From positions 1 to 56,666 of the forward strand of contig JBNLCD010000001.1 of assembly GCA_050303635.1 (NCBI GenBank): a stretch of 56,666 nucleotides of DNA, written 5' to 3'. Shown here one piece after another: positions 29,298-38,095 of the stretch. The DNA comes from Anaerolineae bacterium (lineage in GTDB: Bacteria > Chloroflexota > Anaerolineae > Aggregatilineales > J027). Numbering within the stretch: the first letter of the stretch is position 1; each line of letters opens with the position of its first letter. A program made the translations under genes and the position numbers. Below the pieces are notes generated by a model. It saw only the letters and a list, made by a program, of their open reading frames with translations, searched no databases and was not told where the DNA came from.

Positions 29298-30494
29298 TTA
29301 TGCGACCAAAAATGCTGTGCCATACATGATGGCAATTCCCACAAATAACCCCAAGAAGTTCAGCGTTGATAATGTGTTTTCTGATCGTTGTTCAGCATGA
29401 CGCTGGATAATGCTCGATACTTCATATACCACTTGCAGAATGGCCCCGGCCCCAATGCTTAAAAAGATGACCGCCAATAAAGGCTCGAAGGTAAATCCAC
29501 CAATCCAAGTTCCTAAAATGGCCGGACCGCCCGCAACAATTGCTAATAACCCAAAATGATGTAATGCTGGGCGTTTCTCGGCAATCGGTGCCGCAATCCC
29601 TATACCCTCGGTGATATTATGCAGGATGAAGCCGATGACTAAGAATGTGCCTAAGGATACTTGGCCAAGCGCAAAAGCACTCCCCACCGCTAAACCCTCG
29701 CCTAGATTATGTAAACCAATACCCAGCGCAATCGTATAGGACAAGAATAATGGACTTGAACCCCGATTAAATGTATGGCTAAATGTCATAACAGCGAGCA
29801 GAGTCACCAAAGTCAACAAAAAGACCAATGGTTCGGCATTAAATGCCCCCGCAACATCACCCGCTACTTCAAGTGCTTCTAGCAACGTATCTACGGCAAG
29901 GAAAACTAACAAGCCAACAGTTAACGCCAGCATAAAATCAAGCCAACGTTGGTCTAATTTGCGGATAAAGGGATACCATAACAAGCCCAAGAAAACGGGC
30001 ACAATCCCGACATAAAATCCGAGCAATCCATAGGCTTGGAATTTCTTCGCCGAAGGTTGCGGCGTTTCTAATGCAACGTCAACTTCAAAGGGAAATGAAA
30101 CACCAGTACTCGTCAAAACGACAATTTCATGCGCTTCGCCTTCAACCCACGGATACGGGATATCTAGCGTAGCGGTTTCAAGCCGATTCAGTTCATTGTC
30201 ACCGCCCTCAATGGTATAGTGCCAATAGGCTTCATCTACTTGAACTTGTGCAATAACTATCGGATCAGGTCCACTATTGATGACATGGAGTTCAAAACCG
30301 TCGTCATTCAACACGATGCGCTGAAGTTCAAGTTCTTCAATCGGTGGAACTTCCTCGGTAAATATCGCCAATGGGTCAATCGCCAAAAATATAGCGATCA
30401 CTGCAATGAGTGCAACCAATGGTAAAAAGCCCATAAGCCATGGCGAAGCGGTTGGATTCGATGTATTTTTTTCAGCACTATTGTTGACTGTCAT
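29298..30494 (-). CDS. ZIP-family metal cation transporter with N-terminal extracytoplasmic domain
   Basis: HNLGEGLAVG and HNITEGIGIA signature helices. A roughly 140-aa beta-rich domain follows the first TM helix. The start overlaps the oxidase gene by 17 nt. Confidence 0.8.
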   Translation of the reverse strand: MTVNNSAEKNTSNPTASPWLMGFLPLVALIAVIAIFLAIDPLAIFTEEVPPIEELELQRIVLNDDGFELHVINSGPDPIVIAQVQVDEAYWHYTIEGGDNELNRLETATLDIPYPWVEGEAHEIVVLTSTGVSFPFEVDVALETPQPSAKKFQAYGLLGFYVGIVPVFLGLLWYPFIRKLDQRWLDFMLALTVGLLVFLAVDTLLEALEVAGDVAGAFNAEPLVFLLTLVTLLAVMTFSHTFNRGSSPLFLSYTIALGIGLHNLGEGLAVGSAFALGQVSLGTFLVIGFILHNITEGIGIAAPIAEKRPALHHFGLLAIVAGGPAILGTWIGGFTFEPLLAVIFLSIGAGAILQVVYEVSSIIQRHAEQRSENTLSTLNFLGLFVGIAIMYGTAFLVA

Positions 30495-31572
30495 CCGAAA
30501 CCTCCGTTTCTAAAGCAGTATCATCGGCTTCAACCCGGAACATGCCCATCCAACCCAATTCAGCAAATTCACTTTGATGCCCGTGGAACATATACATCCC
30601 CGGCACTTTATACGTAAATTCCAGAATGCCGCGTTGGGCCTGACATTGCATAACCGTGTCGATTGTTTTGGAGGTGGGTTCAAGCGTAGTTCCATGATCA
30701 TAATAATCAAAAAACTCTGCATGAATATGCATCGAATTGATGAGATCAAATTCTGTGATATTGATCAAATAAACCCGCACCAATTCATTCACTTTGAGTT
30801 GAATAGGGTTTTCCACATAGGCAAAGGCAATTGAATTAACGGCATAAACATCATTACCATTATCAAAATTGGTATCAAAGCCATTCATGACCATGACCAA
30901 CTCTTTCGCTTCCGGTCGACCTTCTTTAGGATCAACAATAAAAGCGCCATAAAGCCCCTTATGAACATGCCGTTTAAGCGGGATAGCATGGCAATGATAT
31001 AGATGACAGCCAAATGGTTCTGCATCAAATTCATACGTGAAGGAGTCCCCGGGTTGAATCATACCGGGACCTGTCATCTCATACGGCATCCCCGGCATGG
31101 CTGGCACCCCATCCATAACGGCTGAATGAATCCCGTGAAAATGAATGGTGTGTGGATGCGATCCTGCATTCACAAAATTAAGACGAATTTTATCGCCTTC
31201 TGTACAGCGAATGGTGGGTCCGGGAATTTGACCGTTATACGTCCACGCGGGGAAGAAAACACCCGGTGCAATTTCAACTTCTTTATCAATAGCCACGAAA
31301 TAATATTCGCGGACGGTTTGACCGTCTTCTTCGTAAACATTATCCCCATAATTGAAGTCGGTCAGAATTTGCGATGGATGAAATCCATTCCGCTCATGGT
31401 CAACAGTCCCCATCACGCCAAAGACATCCCCGGCATGGCCTGCATGTTTATAGGTTGTGCCCGAATCTTGCTGAGGCGTGGGTTCTTCCACCGGCGGCAA
31501 AAGTCGTGTGACAAAGGCCGCAAGCCCTGTCCCAACGGTACCTAGCATAAAATTGCGGCGATTTATTTTCAT
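30478..31572 (-). CDS. Tat-exported two-domain multicopper oxidase (NirK-fold, T1 site in domain 1)
   Basis: Twin-arginine signal MKINRRNFMLGT. Collinear with NirK (HTIHFHG, YHCHAIPLKRHVHKGLYGAFIV, FHGHQSEFAELG). It carries four HxH pairs (HFH, HCH, HIH, HGH), as expected for a trinuclear Cu cluster. Confidence 0.75.
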   Translation of the reverse strand: MKINRRNFMLGTVGTGLAAFVTRLLPPVEEPTPQQDSGTTYKHAGHAGDVFGVMGTVDHERNGFHPSQILTDFNYGDNVYEEDGQTVREYYFVAIDKEVEIAPGVFFPAWTYNGQIPGPTIRCTEGDKIRLNFVNAGSHPHTIHFHGIHSAVMDGVPAMPGMPYEMTGPGMIQPGDSFTYEFDAEPFGCHLYHCHAIPLKRHVHKGLYGAFIVDPKEGRPEAKELVMVMNGFDTNFDNGNDVYAVNSIAFAYVENPIQLKVNELVRVYLINITEFDLINSMHIHAEFFDYYDHGTTLEPTSKTIDTVMQCQAQRGILEFTYKVPGMYMFHGHQSEFAELGWMGMFRVEADDTALETEVSDDSQQ

Positions 31573-31640
31573 ATAGAATAACTTTCATTTTAGGTTTACC
31601 TAACAAAGTTATTCTATCGGTTAAAGACTGGTTTTGTCAA
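31573..31640 (-). promoter_or_regulatory. Sigma-70-like promoter (TTGACA-18-TAGAAT) overlapped by a 45-bp nested palindrome abutting the oxidase start codon
   Basis: The minus strand reads TTGACA (31640-31635) and TAGAAT (31616-31611). The palindrome is ATAGAATAACTTT...AAAGTTATTCTAT (13-bp perfect arms, 31573-31617), with an inner TTAGGT-nn-ACCTAA. Confidence 0.45.
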
Positions 31641-31666
31641 CCTGTGATCGCTATTTAAGACAAAGC

Positions 31667-31701
31667 GAAAAACTGCTGATCTTGCCTGATCAGCAGTTTT
31701 T
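31667..31701. terminator. Strong bidirectional intrinsic terminator after the MbnH-like gene
   Basis: AAAAA-CTGCTGATC-aggcaa-GATCAGCAG-TTTTT. Confidence 0.8.
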
Positions 31702-31728
31702 CAATCTCTAAATTGCGGTAAGGCTAGT

Positions 31729-33345
31729 CTATTCTTCTTGGAATGGATCACCAAAGCGTGGATTGGTTAACACTGATTCATCCGTTAGGCTTTCCAAGAA
31801 ATTGACCAAATCATCAACTTCTTGGTCAGTAATATCAAATCCCGGCACAAAACCACTCTTATACGGGTTGGTGCGTCCGTCTCCGGCATTGTCACCGTCT
31901 TCAATGACGCGCCCACCATCCGCATAAAAACGAATGACTTCTTCCAACGTTTTAATACTGCCATCATGCATATACGGCCCGGTCAACGCAATATTGCGTA
32001 AACTTTGTGCGCGAAAGCGGCCCATATCACTTGGCTCGCCTGTAATTTCAAACACACCGCGATTATTGGTTGGGAAACCACCTTCACCATCAATATTATA
32101 CAAACCCGTATTGTGGAAAGGCGTTTCGATAAATACTGAAGCCGCGTGGACTGTTGAGTCACTGAAATTGAACCCACCATGACAATGATGACATTCAAAC
32201 CGTTCCCCAAAGAACAAATCCATGCCCCGAATAGCTGATTCCGACAAGGCAGATTTGTCGCCCTCAAACACATATTGATCATACGGCGAATTCGCTGAGA
32301 TTAAGCCACGCACAAAGGTTGCCAGTGCATATTGCATATTCCCAATGGTGAAGGGATCTTCATTGTCAGGGAAAGCAACTGCAAACATCTCTTGATAGCG
32401 CTCATCCTCACGGAAACGGTTGAGTATTTCATCTTCAGAACCTGTCATTCCCAATTCAATTGGGAATTCCCCAAACATGGGAATCAAGACTTGCCGTTCA
32501 ATATGCGTTAATGTTGGATTCGCCCATGTATAGGTAGGGTTATAGGCCACATTCACCAGTGATTGCGAGTTCCGGGGATGGAATTCCCCTGTTGAACCCA
32601 CCGCCACTGTTAAGCCATCCGTAAAAGCACGTGCTTGGAGATGGCAAGTTGAACAAGATTGCGTGCCATTCCCTGATAACCGCGCATCATAAAATAAATA
32701 GCGCCCCAATTGGAATTTTTCTTCTGTCATGGGATTATGGCTAGGCACAATCGGCAATGGGAAACCCGCTGGTAAATTCCAATCAAAGCTTCCTGCTACT
32801 GCATTATCGTCTAATGTCCCAAAACTCGTTGGCACAGCATACGCATTGATAACTTGAAATGTATCAATGACTTGCACATTCCGCCCCGAACCAGCATCAA
32901 ATTGAACGGGTACATCCAATGTGATTGCGTCGCCCGACTCAAAACGCAAGGTAACGGCTACCCTGTTACCTATTTCCAGATCGTTCTGCACACCGTACAA
33001 CATCAAAAATAATGTTCCAGATGTCATTTCAACTTGTACATGTGGATTGAGTGTTAGACCCGCTTCATCGGTTTCTAAACTAGGATTACGATACAAACTC
33101 ACCAAATCAACATTCTCGACAGAAGCCGAAGCCAATTTTTGCGGCGCACTTCCGCTATTGATAATGCTCATGTAAACCGCACTAATATTGACCTGCATGT
33201 GATTCGCATCCGCCGGGGTCGAGTCTGATGTTGGACTGTCTTCTTCATCGTTAGTACGCGTCGCCAAAACATAGCTGGCTACCAATAAGCCGACCAAAAT
33301 AATGCTAAATATCAGGCGATAACGCATAGAACTAAGGAATTTCAT
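31729..33345 (-). CDS. mbnH: Fusion of a PCuAC-like (DUF461-like) domain and an MbnH-family di-heme cytochrome c peroxidase-like enzyme
   Basis: N-terminal TM/signal sequence. Residues about 50-150 (AVYMSIINSGSAPQKL...LFLMLYGVQNDLEIGNRVAVTLRFESGDAITLDVPVQ) follow the PCuAC fold pattern. Two heme motifs follow, CSTCH and CHHCH, in a CCP/MbnH-like context. Confidence 0.7.
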   Translation of the reverse strand: MKFLSSMRYRLIFSIILVGLLVASYVLATRTNDEEDSPTSDSTPADANHMQVNISAVYMSIINSGSAPQKLASASVENVDLVSLYRNPSLETDEAGLTLNPHVQVEMTSGTLFLMLYGVQNDLEIGNRVAVTLRFESGDAITLDVPVQFDAGSGRNVQVIDTFQVINAYAVPTSFGTLDDNAVAGSFDWNLPAGFPLPIVPSHNPMTEEKFQLGRYLFYDARLSGNGTQSCSTCHLQARAFTDGLTVAVGSTGEFHPRNSQSLVNVAYNPTYTWANPTLTHIERQVLIPMFGEFPIELGMTGSEDEILNRFREDERYQEMFAVAFPDNEDPFTIGNMQYALATFVRGLISANSPYDQYVFEGDKSALSESAIRGMDLFFGERFECHHCHGGFNFSDSTVHAASVFIETPFHNTGLYNIDGEGGFPTNNRGVFEITGEPSDMGRFRAQSLRNIALTGPYMHDGSIKTLEEVIRFYADGGRVIEDGDNAGDGRTNPYKSGFVPGFDITDQEVDDLVNFLESLTDESVLTNPRFGDPFQEE

Positions 33346-33467
33346 AATTTACAACTTATCTCTGGTTATTGAGGTAAACCGCTGAACTGTTTCATGATGA
33401 ACAACTCAGCGGCATTTATTCTAGCAATCTAGATGTAGGGTTTGAAGACTATTCGCGTTGGCGGAGT

Positions 33468-34517
33468 CTAGTCGTGGTGCATTTCATCCATATTGCTCTC
33501 ATCGTGTTCACTGTGGTCCATGTCCATATCACCATCCATGTTCATTTCATCGGTCATGTCCACAGTTTCAACCATGGTCACATCATCCACACTCGCCAAA
33601 CGGAAAAAGTGTTGATTCATACAATCACCGTCTAAACAAGCACCTGTTTCCATATCCAGACCAAAACTCGCAAATGTTGCTGGACAATCTGGGTCATCAA
33701 AGCCTGACATACAACCGGGGGGTGAAACCGTATTCTCATTCAAATCAATGGTCGAGAAAAATAGACCTAAATCAGCGACGACAACATCGCCTTCCCCAAA
33801 TTCATCAAAGGTAATGGTGGTGATATTGGGACGGCCACACCGTTCAGTTGGCGGCGTAGTTGAGTCTGGAGATTCGCACGCCGTGCTTCCAATATGGATA
33901 AGCCATGCCAAATCAGTATCAACCATCGTATCAATGCGGATAAACTTATAACCACCCGCCCAGTTCCACCACATGGATGGACTATTTAAGGGGGCAGGAG
34001 CAGTCGCTGTATTGAGGTGATTGAGTTCGAATGGCACCCCCATATCAAATTGCAAGCCCACATAATCCCCTACGGGCAATTGACCACGTAACGTCCCATT
34101 GAGCGCGGCATTACCGCTGGCATCACATCCGGCGGTACCATCTTCAAAATCAAGCAAAGCCACATTGGCATATTGCCAGATAGCATCTTGCTCGAGTTGG
34201 AGTGGTACGGCTTCACCATCGGCGGTCAAGAAATTAATATTGGAGACATAAAAACGAAAATCAGTAATACTAATCGCATTTTCACCAAGGCCGATAGCGG
34301 AATATTCCATGCCGCACATGGCCATTTCGTCACCAACCATTGCAACAAAAGGTATCTCAACTGACATCATTTCCTCGCCACCATCTTGAGCTTGAGTCAA
34401 TTGATTTCCAGTTAATACAAAGCTCACCATGATAAGGGCGATCAAAACCGAACGTACCCACACTGACATATCTTGCTCCTTGAATTGAAAATTTAATGAA
34501 TAGGAATTATTTCGCAT
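33468..34517 (-). CDS. mbnP: MbnP-family copper-binding protein with Met/His/Asp-rich C-terminal tail
   Basis: FRFYVSNINFL, ALLDFEDGTAGCD, GVPFELNH, MWWNWAGGYKFIRID and conserved Cys residues match my recollection of the MbnP ('metallo-mystery pair') family. The tail is DMTDEMNMDGDMDMDHSEHDESNMDEMHHD. The likely true start is ATG near 34469 (MSVWVRS), after AAGGAG. Confidence 0.7.
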   Translation of the reverse strand: MRNNSYSLNFQFKEQDMSVWVRSVLIALIMVSFVLTGNQLTQAQDGGEEMMSVEIPFVAMVGDEMAMCGMEYSAIGLGENAISITDFRFYVSNINFLTADGEAVPLQLEQDAIWQYANVALLDFEDGTAGCDASGNAALNGTLRGQLPVGDYVGLQFDMGVPFELNHLNTATAPAPLNSPSMWWNWAGGYKFIRIDTMVDTDLAWLIHIGSTACESPDSTTPPTERCGRPNITTITFDEFGEGDVVVADLGLFFSTIDLNENTVSPPGCMSGFDDPDCPATFASFGLDMETGACLDGDCMNQHFFRLASVDDVTMVETVDMTDEMNMDGDMDMDHSEHDESNMDEMHHD

Positions 34518-34596
34518 TTTAGCACCAAATAAAATTTCGAAAATGGGCTGTTTTTCCTATTTTTATATATTTTATCTAGCGGATGTTAAGTTTTTA

Positions 34597-34632
34597 TAAA
34601 GCAAAAGACATAAATCGCCAAAGATTTATGCC
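34597..34632 (-). terminator. Intrinsic terminator after secreted paralog A
   Basis: Minus strand: GGCATAAATC-tttggc-GATTTATGTC followed by TTTTGCTTTAT. Confidence 0.6.
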
Positions 34633-34687
34633 TTTCTAGGTTTTATATTTGGATTACGAACTGAATATACGTTCAGCCCAGCCTAAC

Positions 34688-36292
34688 TTACTTTCTCAAC
34701 AACGGCGACCACAGCAAAACTTGGTCATTCGAATAATGAAAATTATCGTAGAGTGGCTCTTCGGTCAATACAACTTCTGTACCCGAGTCGGGATGAATCG
34801 CTAACAATCTATCTGGTCGACAAGCCAGATTGTATACATCCTCAGTACAAACCTGCACAAGGAACCAGCTTTCATCAGGCGCGGCATTCCCGTACCAATA
34901 CCCCCTGAACGATTCATCGGATAGAAATTCATAACTCACTCCGGTTTGCCAGTTATACGCTAGATTTTGGAATGTACCATCTGCATATTCAGCATAGAGA
35001 AATAACCATGTGCCATTTTCGCTAAAACGTGGCCAACGGGCATCATCCAAATAATGTACTGTTCTGGCATCTAAAGCTGTATTGAGGGAAAGATGCTCAC
35101 CCTCCGGTGTATAAAGATCAAGCGATGTTTCATCTTGATCGCTCACCAACATAAATTGACCATTTGGCTCAATAAGATAGGGTGTTGTTAGATTGCGATA
35201 AACAGGTTCATCCAAAAGGGTTTGACCAGTCCAATGCCAGCGCGAAACCGAGAATTCATTATCACCTTTTTGGACATTCCAATAGATCAGGGTATCGCCT
35301 TCAAAATAGTAAACTGGATTCTGCTCATCTATATGGGCTTCAAAACTGACCACGCTTAATGACGTGAGATCAATAACACCCATATTATTGTCGCTAAGGA
35401 AAGCCACTTTTACGTAATCAGGGCTGATTTTAATTGAATGACCTGCCGCAAGTTCTGTTAAACTATCACTTTGTAGATCATATAGAAAAATCTTGGTATC
35501 ACCGACAGCATAAGGATACGCAAATAACCAGCGCCCATCCCCAATCGGATAACTTTCATACGCCAAGGCATCTTCATCAATCTCCGCAAAGCGTTCCCGA
35601 AAATCGACAAGCGTTTCACCCGATTCCATATCAACCAAAATGGCTGTTTCTTCCATATAGCTGATTAAATACACTTGATGATCTTGCCATGCACTGATAA
35701 AAGTTCCCATCGCTTCAAAATTTTGGACCTGACCCGAGCCGAGATTGATCACATGCGAGGTGTATTGCAAAGCCGTATTCACCAATAAATAATTGCCATC
35801 GTCAGACATGCCTTGGATAACAAGTGCCTCCGTATAAGCGATAGATTCCTCATCAATCACCGAATCTTCGCGGACAAGTTGCGGCGCGGCGCTGGCAATA
35901 TCAATTTGGTAGAGATACGTGCCGTGGATATCTGCAACGTCTGCGGTCAAATCTGGCGCAACACCCGCGGCTATTAAACGACCATCATCCAGCCATTGGG
36001 GCGTGATCATAAACACGTCATATTGGCCAAAAAGCAAATAATCGGGGAGCGAGTCAACTTGCCATGTATTATCTGTTCGCAACTTGGCTAAATAAATATG
36101 TTCATTTGTTTGGAATATCAAGCCATACTGTACTTCAGGGTCAGTTTGGGCCTGTGCAGATGATGCCTTGAACCCTGTTTGTCCAAAACTTGCTAATGTG
36201 ATCAATAAACATACTATCCCGCCAATGATTACACGTCCAACACGCATAGCAAATTCCCTTCTGATCAGCGACGAATACGTTAACTGTAGCAT
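34688..36292 (-). CDS. Secreted/anchored beta-propeller-like protein, tandem paralog A, unknown function
   Basis: Roughly half of residues are identical to the next gene along the full length (YGL..., GDGRW.FAYPY, WPRFSE.G.WLF, PDESW.L.QVC, LLAIHP.SGTEVVL, QVLLWSP). The likely true start is ATG at 36247 (MRVGRVIIGG), aligning with MRLGRLIL of the paralog. Confidence 0.65.
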   Translation of the reverse strand: MLQLTYSSLIRREFAMRVGRVIIGGIVCLLITLASFGQTGFKASSAQAQTDPEVQYGLIFQTNEHIYLAKLRTDNTWQVDSLPDYLLFGQYDVFMITPQWLDDGRLIAAGVAPDLTADVADIHGTYLYQIDIASAAPQLVREDSVIDEESIAYTEALVIQGMSDDGNYLLVNTALQYTSHVINLGSGQVQNFEAMGTFISAWQDHQVYLISYMEETAILVDMESGETLVDFRERFAEIDEDALAYESYPIGDGRWLFAYPYAVGDTKIFLYDLQSDSLTELAAGHSIKISPDYVKVAFLSDNNMGVIDLTSLSVVSFEAHIDEQNPVYYFEGDTLIYWNVQKGDNEFSVSRWHWTGQTLLDEPVYRNLTTPYLIEPNGQFMLVSDQDETSLDLYTPEGEHLSLNTALDARTVHYLDDARWPRFSENGTWLFLYAEYADGTFQNLAYNWQTGVSYEFLSDESFRGYWYGNAAPDESWFLVQVCTEDVYNLACRPDRLLAIHPDSGTEVVLTEEPLYDNFHYSNDQVLLWSPLLRK

Positions 36293-36366
36293 AGAACTTA
36301 ATTTCTCATGACGACAGTAGGACGATAGTTGCTGAGCGTCACAGGGTCGTCATCGTTGAGTAGGAA
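36284..36366 (-). repeat. Conserved 83-nt upstream element, copy A (putative promoter/leader)
   Basis: 72 of 83 positions are identical to 38096-38178 by hand alignment. It sits immediately upstream of paralog A. Confidence 0.7.
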
Positions 36367-36397
36367 TAGCTCCTGTTTCTGATTTTTTTTGCAATAA

Positions 36398-38062
36398 TTA
36401 TGGATTGCTCAATACCGGTGACCACAGAAGAACCTGATGAGTTGAATGCATAGAATTATCCAAAAGGTCTTTTTCCGCTAAAACAACTTCTGTTCCAGAT
36501 TCGGGGTGAATAGCTAATAATTTATAAGAGCCACACCCGGCTTTATTCACATCATCTGCACAAACTTGGATGAGTAGCCAGCTCTCATCAGGTGACATAT
36601 TACCGTACTTAGAATATTGAAATACTGAGCCTCTTGGGATTTCATAACGAAGATTCGTTCGCCAATTATAGACTAATTTATGGTGGATATTATCTTCATC
36701 TGTCACGTCGAGAAATAACCACGCGCCTTTTTCACTGAAGCGTGGCCACCTTTCATCATCAAGATAACGAATAGTTTTCACCCCTAAAACATCATTTAAA
36801 GCAACTTGGGTACCATCGGGTGTATAGAGCGTGAGTGCTAGCTGATCTTCGTTTTGAATAAGCACAAAATCTCCACTCGGATGGATCAGGTAGGGCGCAG
36901 GTGGGCCTGCATAAACAAGGGTTTCTACCAATGCTTGACCCGTCCACTTCATTTGAGTAATGGTTAGCTCCTCTTTATTGTTCACAATGTCCCAGTAGAA
37001 CAAGTTATCACCTTCCCAATAATAAAGCGGAGTTTTAGGACCTAAATTTGAGTAGAAAGGTGTATGGGCATCAAAATAGGAATTTGCATAAAGAGACGGC
37101 TTAGGGTCTAAACTTGCTTCAAATTCAAGGACTTCACCCGTATCCAGATCAAGAAGGCCAACCCCATCTACATTTGAATACAAGAACGCTACCTGATTCT
37201 GGGTTTCATTGATTTTGGGAGCATAGCCTTCCGCAAGTGATACTAAACTGTCACGGGTTGAGTCATAAAGCCAGATGTGCGCATCTTCTAGAAAATAAGG
37301 ATACGCGAAGATCCAACGACCATCACCAACGGGATATCCGCCAAAAGCGAGATCCGATTGCCCAATATCGGTAAATTTTGCCAACAAATCAGCTACGATT
37401 TCGCCGGTTTCCATATTGGCTAGGTAAGCCGATGAGCCTGAGTGTTCGATAGCATATAAATAAATCTGCTTATCTTGCCACCTAATCAAGCGCATACCCT
37501 GCTCATTAAAATCTTGTGAAACACCTGACTGTAAATTAACAATGTGGGTAGTATACCGAAAAGCGGCGTTGACCATTAAATACTGACCATCATCCGACAG
37601 TCCTCGAATATCAAGAGCTTCGTAATGACCGTCGAGGGTTTCCTCGTCAATAATAGAACCTTCAACCAGAGGGTGTACCTGCGCGGTTACGATATCAATT
37701 TCATACAGATAAATCGCGCGCAGATTACTATCATCTGGTAAATCGGACGCGACACCCGTCGCCAATAAACGGCCATCAGCCATCCAGCGTGGTGCAACGG
37801 TAAACACATCATATTGACCAAAAGGTAACCGTGCATCATACATACTAAAGTGTAAATAGCCGGGTAAGGCATCAACTTGCCATGTATTATCCATGAACAA
37901 CTTAGCTAAATAAACACGCCCACCTGCCTTATAAACAAGACCATATCGTATCTCGTTGCTAGTTTGCGCCTTGGCGACTGGTCTAGTTAACTGAGTTCGG
38001 CGAAAACCACTGAAGATCATGGTGCAGATTAGCAACACCAGAATTAATCTCCCTAGTCGCAT
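36398..38062 (-). CDS. Secreted/anchored beta-propeller-like protein, tandem paralog B, unknown function
   Basis: 554 aa with an N-terminal hydrophobic signal/anchor. Collinear with paralog A. Confidence 0.65.
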   Translation of the reverse strand: MRLGRLILVLLICTMIFSGFRRTQLTRPVAKAQTSNEIRYGLVYKAGGRVYLAKLFMDNTWQVDALPGYLHFSMYDARLPFGQYDVFTVAPRWMADGRLLATGVASDLPDDSNLRAIYLYEIDIVTAQVHPLVEGSIIDEETLDGHYEALDIRGLSDDGQYLMVNAAFRYTTHIVNLQSGVSQDFNEQGMRLIRWQDKQIYLYAIEHSGSSAYLANMETGEIVADLLAKFTDIGQSDLAFGGYPVGDGRWIFAYPYFLEDAHIWLYDSTRDSLVSLAEGYAPKINETQNQVAFLYSNVDGVGLLDLDTGEVLEFEASLDPKPSLYANSYFDAHTPFYSNLGPKTPLYYWEGDNLFYWDIVNNKEELTITQMKWTGQALVETLVYAGPPAPYLIHPSGDFVLIQNEDQLALTLYTPDGTQVALNDVLGVKTIRYLDDERWPRFSEKGAWLFLDVTDEDNIHHKLVYNWRTNLRYEIPRGSVFQYSKYGNMSPDESWLLIQVCADDVNKAGCGSYKLLAIHPESGTEVVLAEKDLLDNSMHSTHQVLLWSPVLSNP

Positions 38063-38095
38063 ACAAAAATCCCTTCTACCTTGCCCCCATATTCA

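Noticed and set aside
30478-31572. Calling this gene nirK (copper nitrite reductase)
   Set aside because: The fold and block order fit NirK. However, the catalytic Asp position is His, and four HxH pairs indicate a trinuclear cluster. It is therefore annotated as a two-domain multicopper oxidase.
33458-33814. 118-aa His/Pro-rich plus-strand ORF overlapping the 3' end of the MbnP-like gene
   Set aside because: It mirrors the Met/His/Asp-rich coding tail on the opposite strand. It has no independent start context or family resemblance.
36248-36292. N-terminal 15-codon extension of paralog A (MLQLTYSSLIRREFA)
   Set aside because: The ATG lies inside the conserved upstream element. The equivalent ATG in copy B runs into a stop after three codons. 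The paralogs align from MRVGR/MRLGR.
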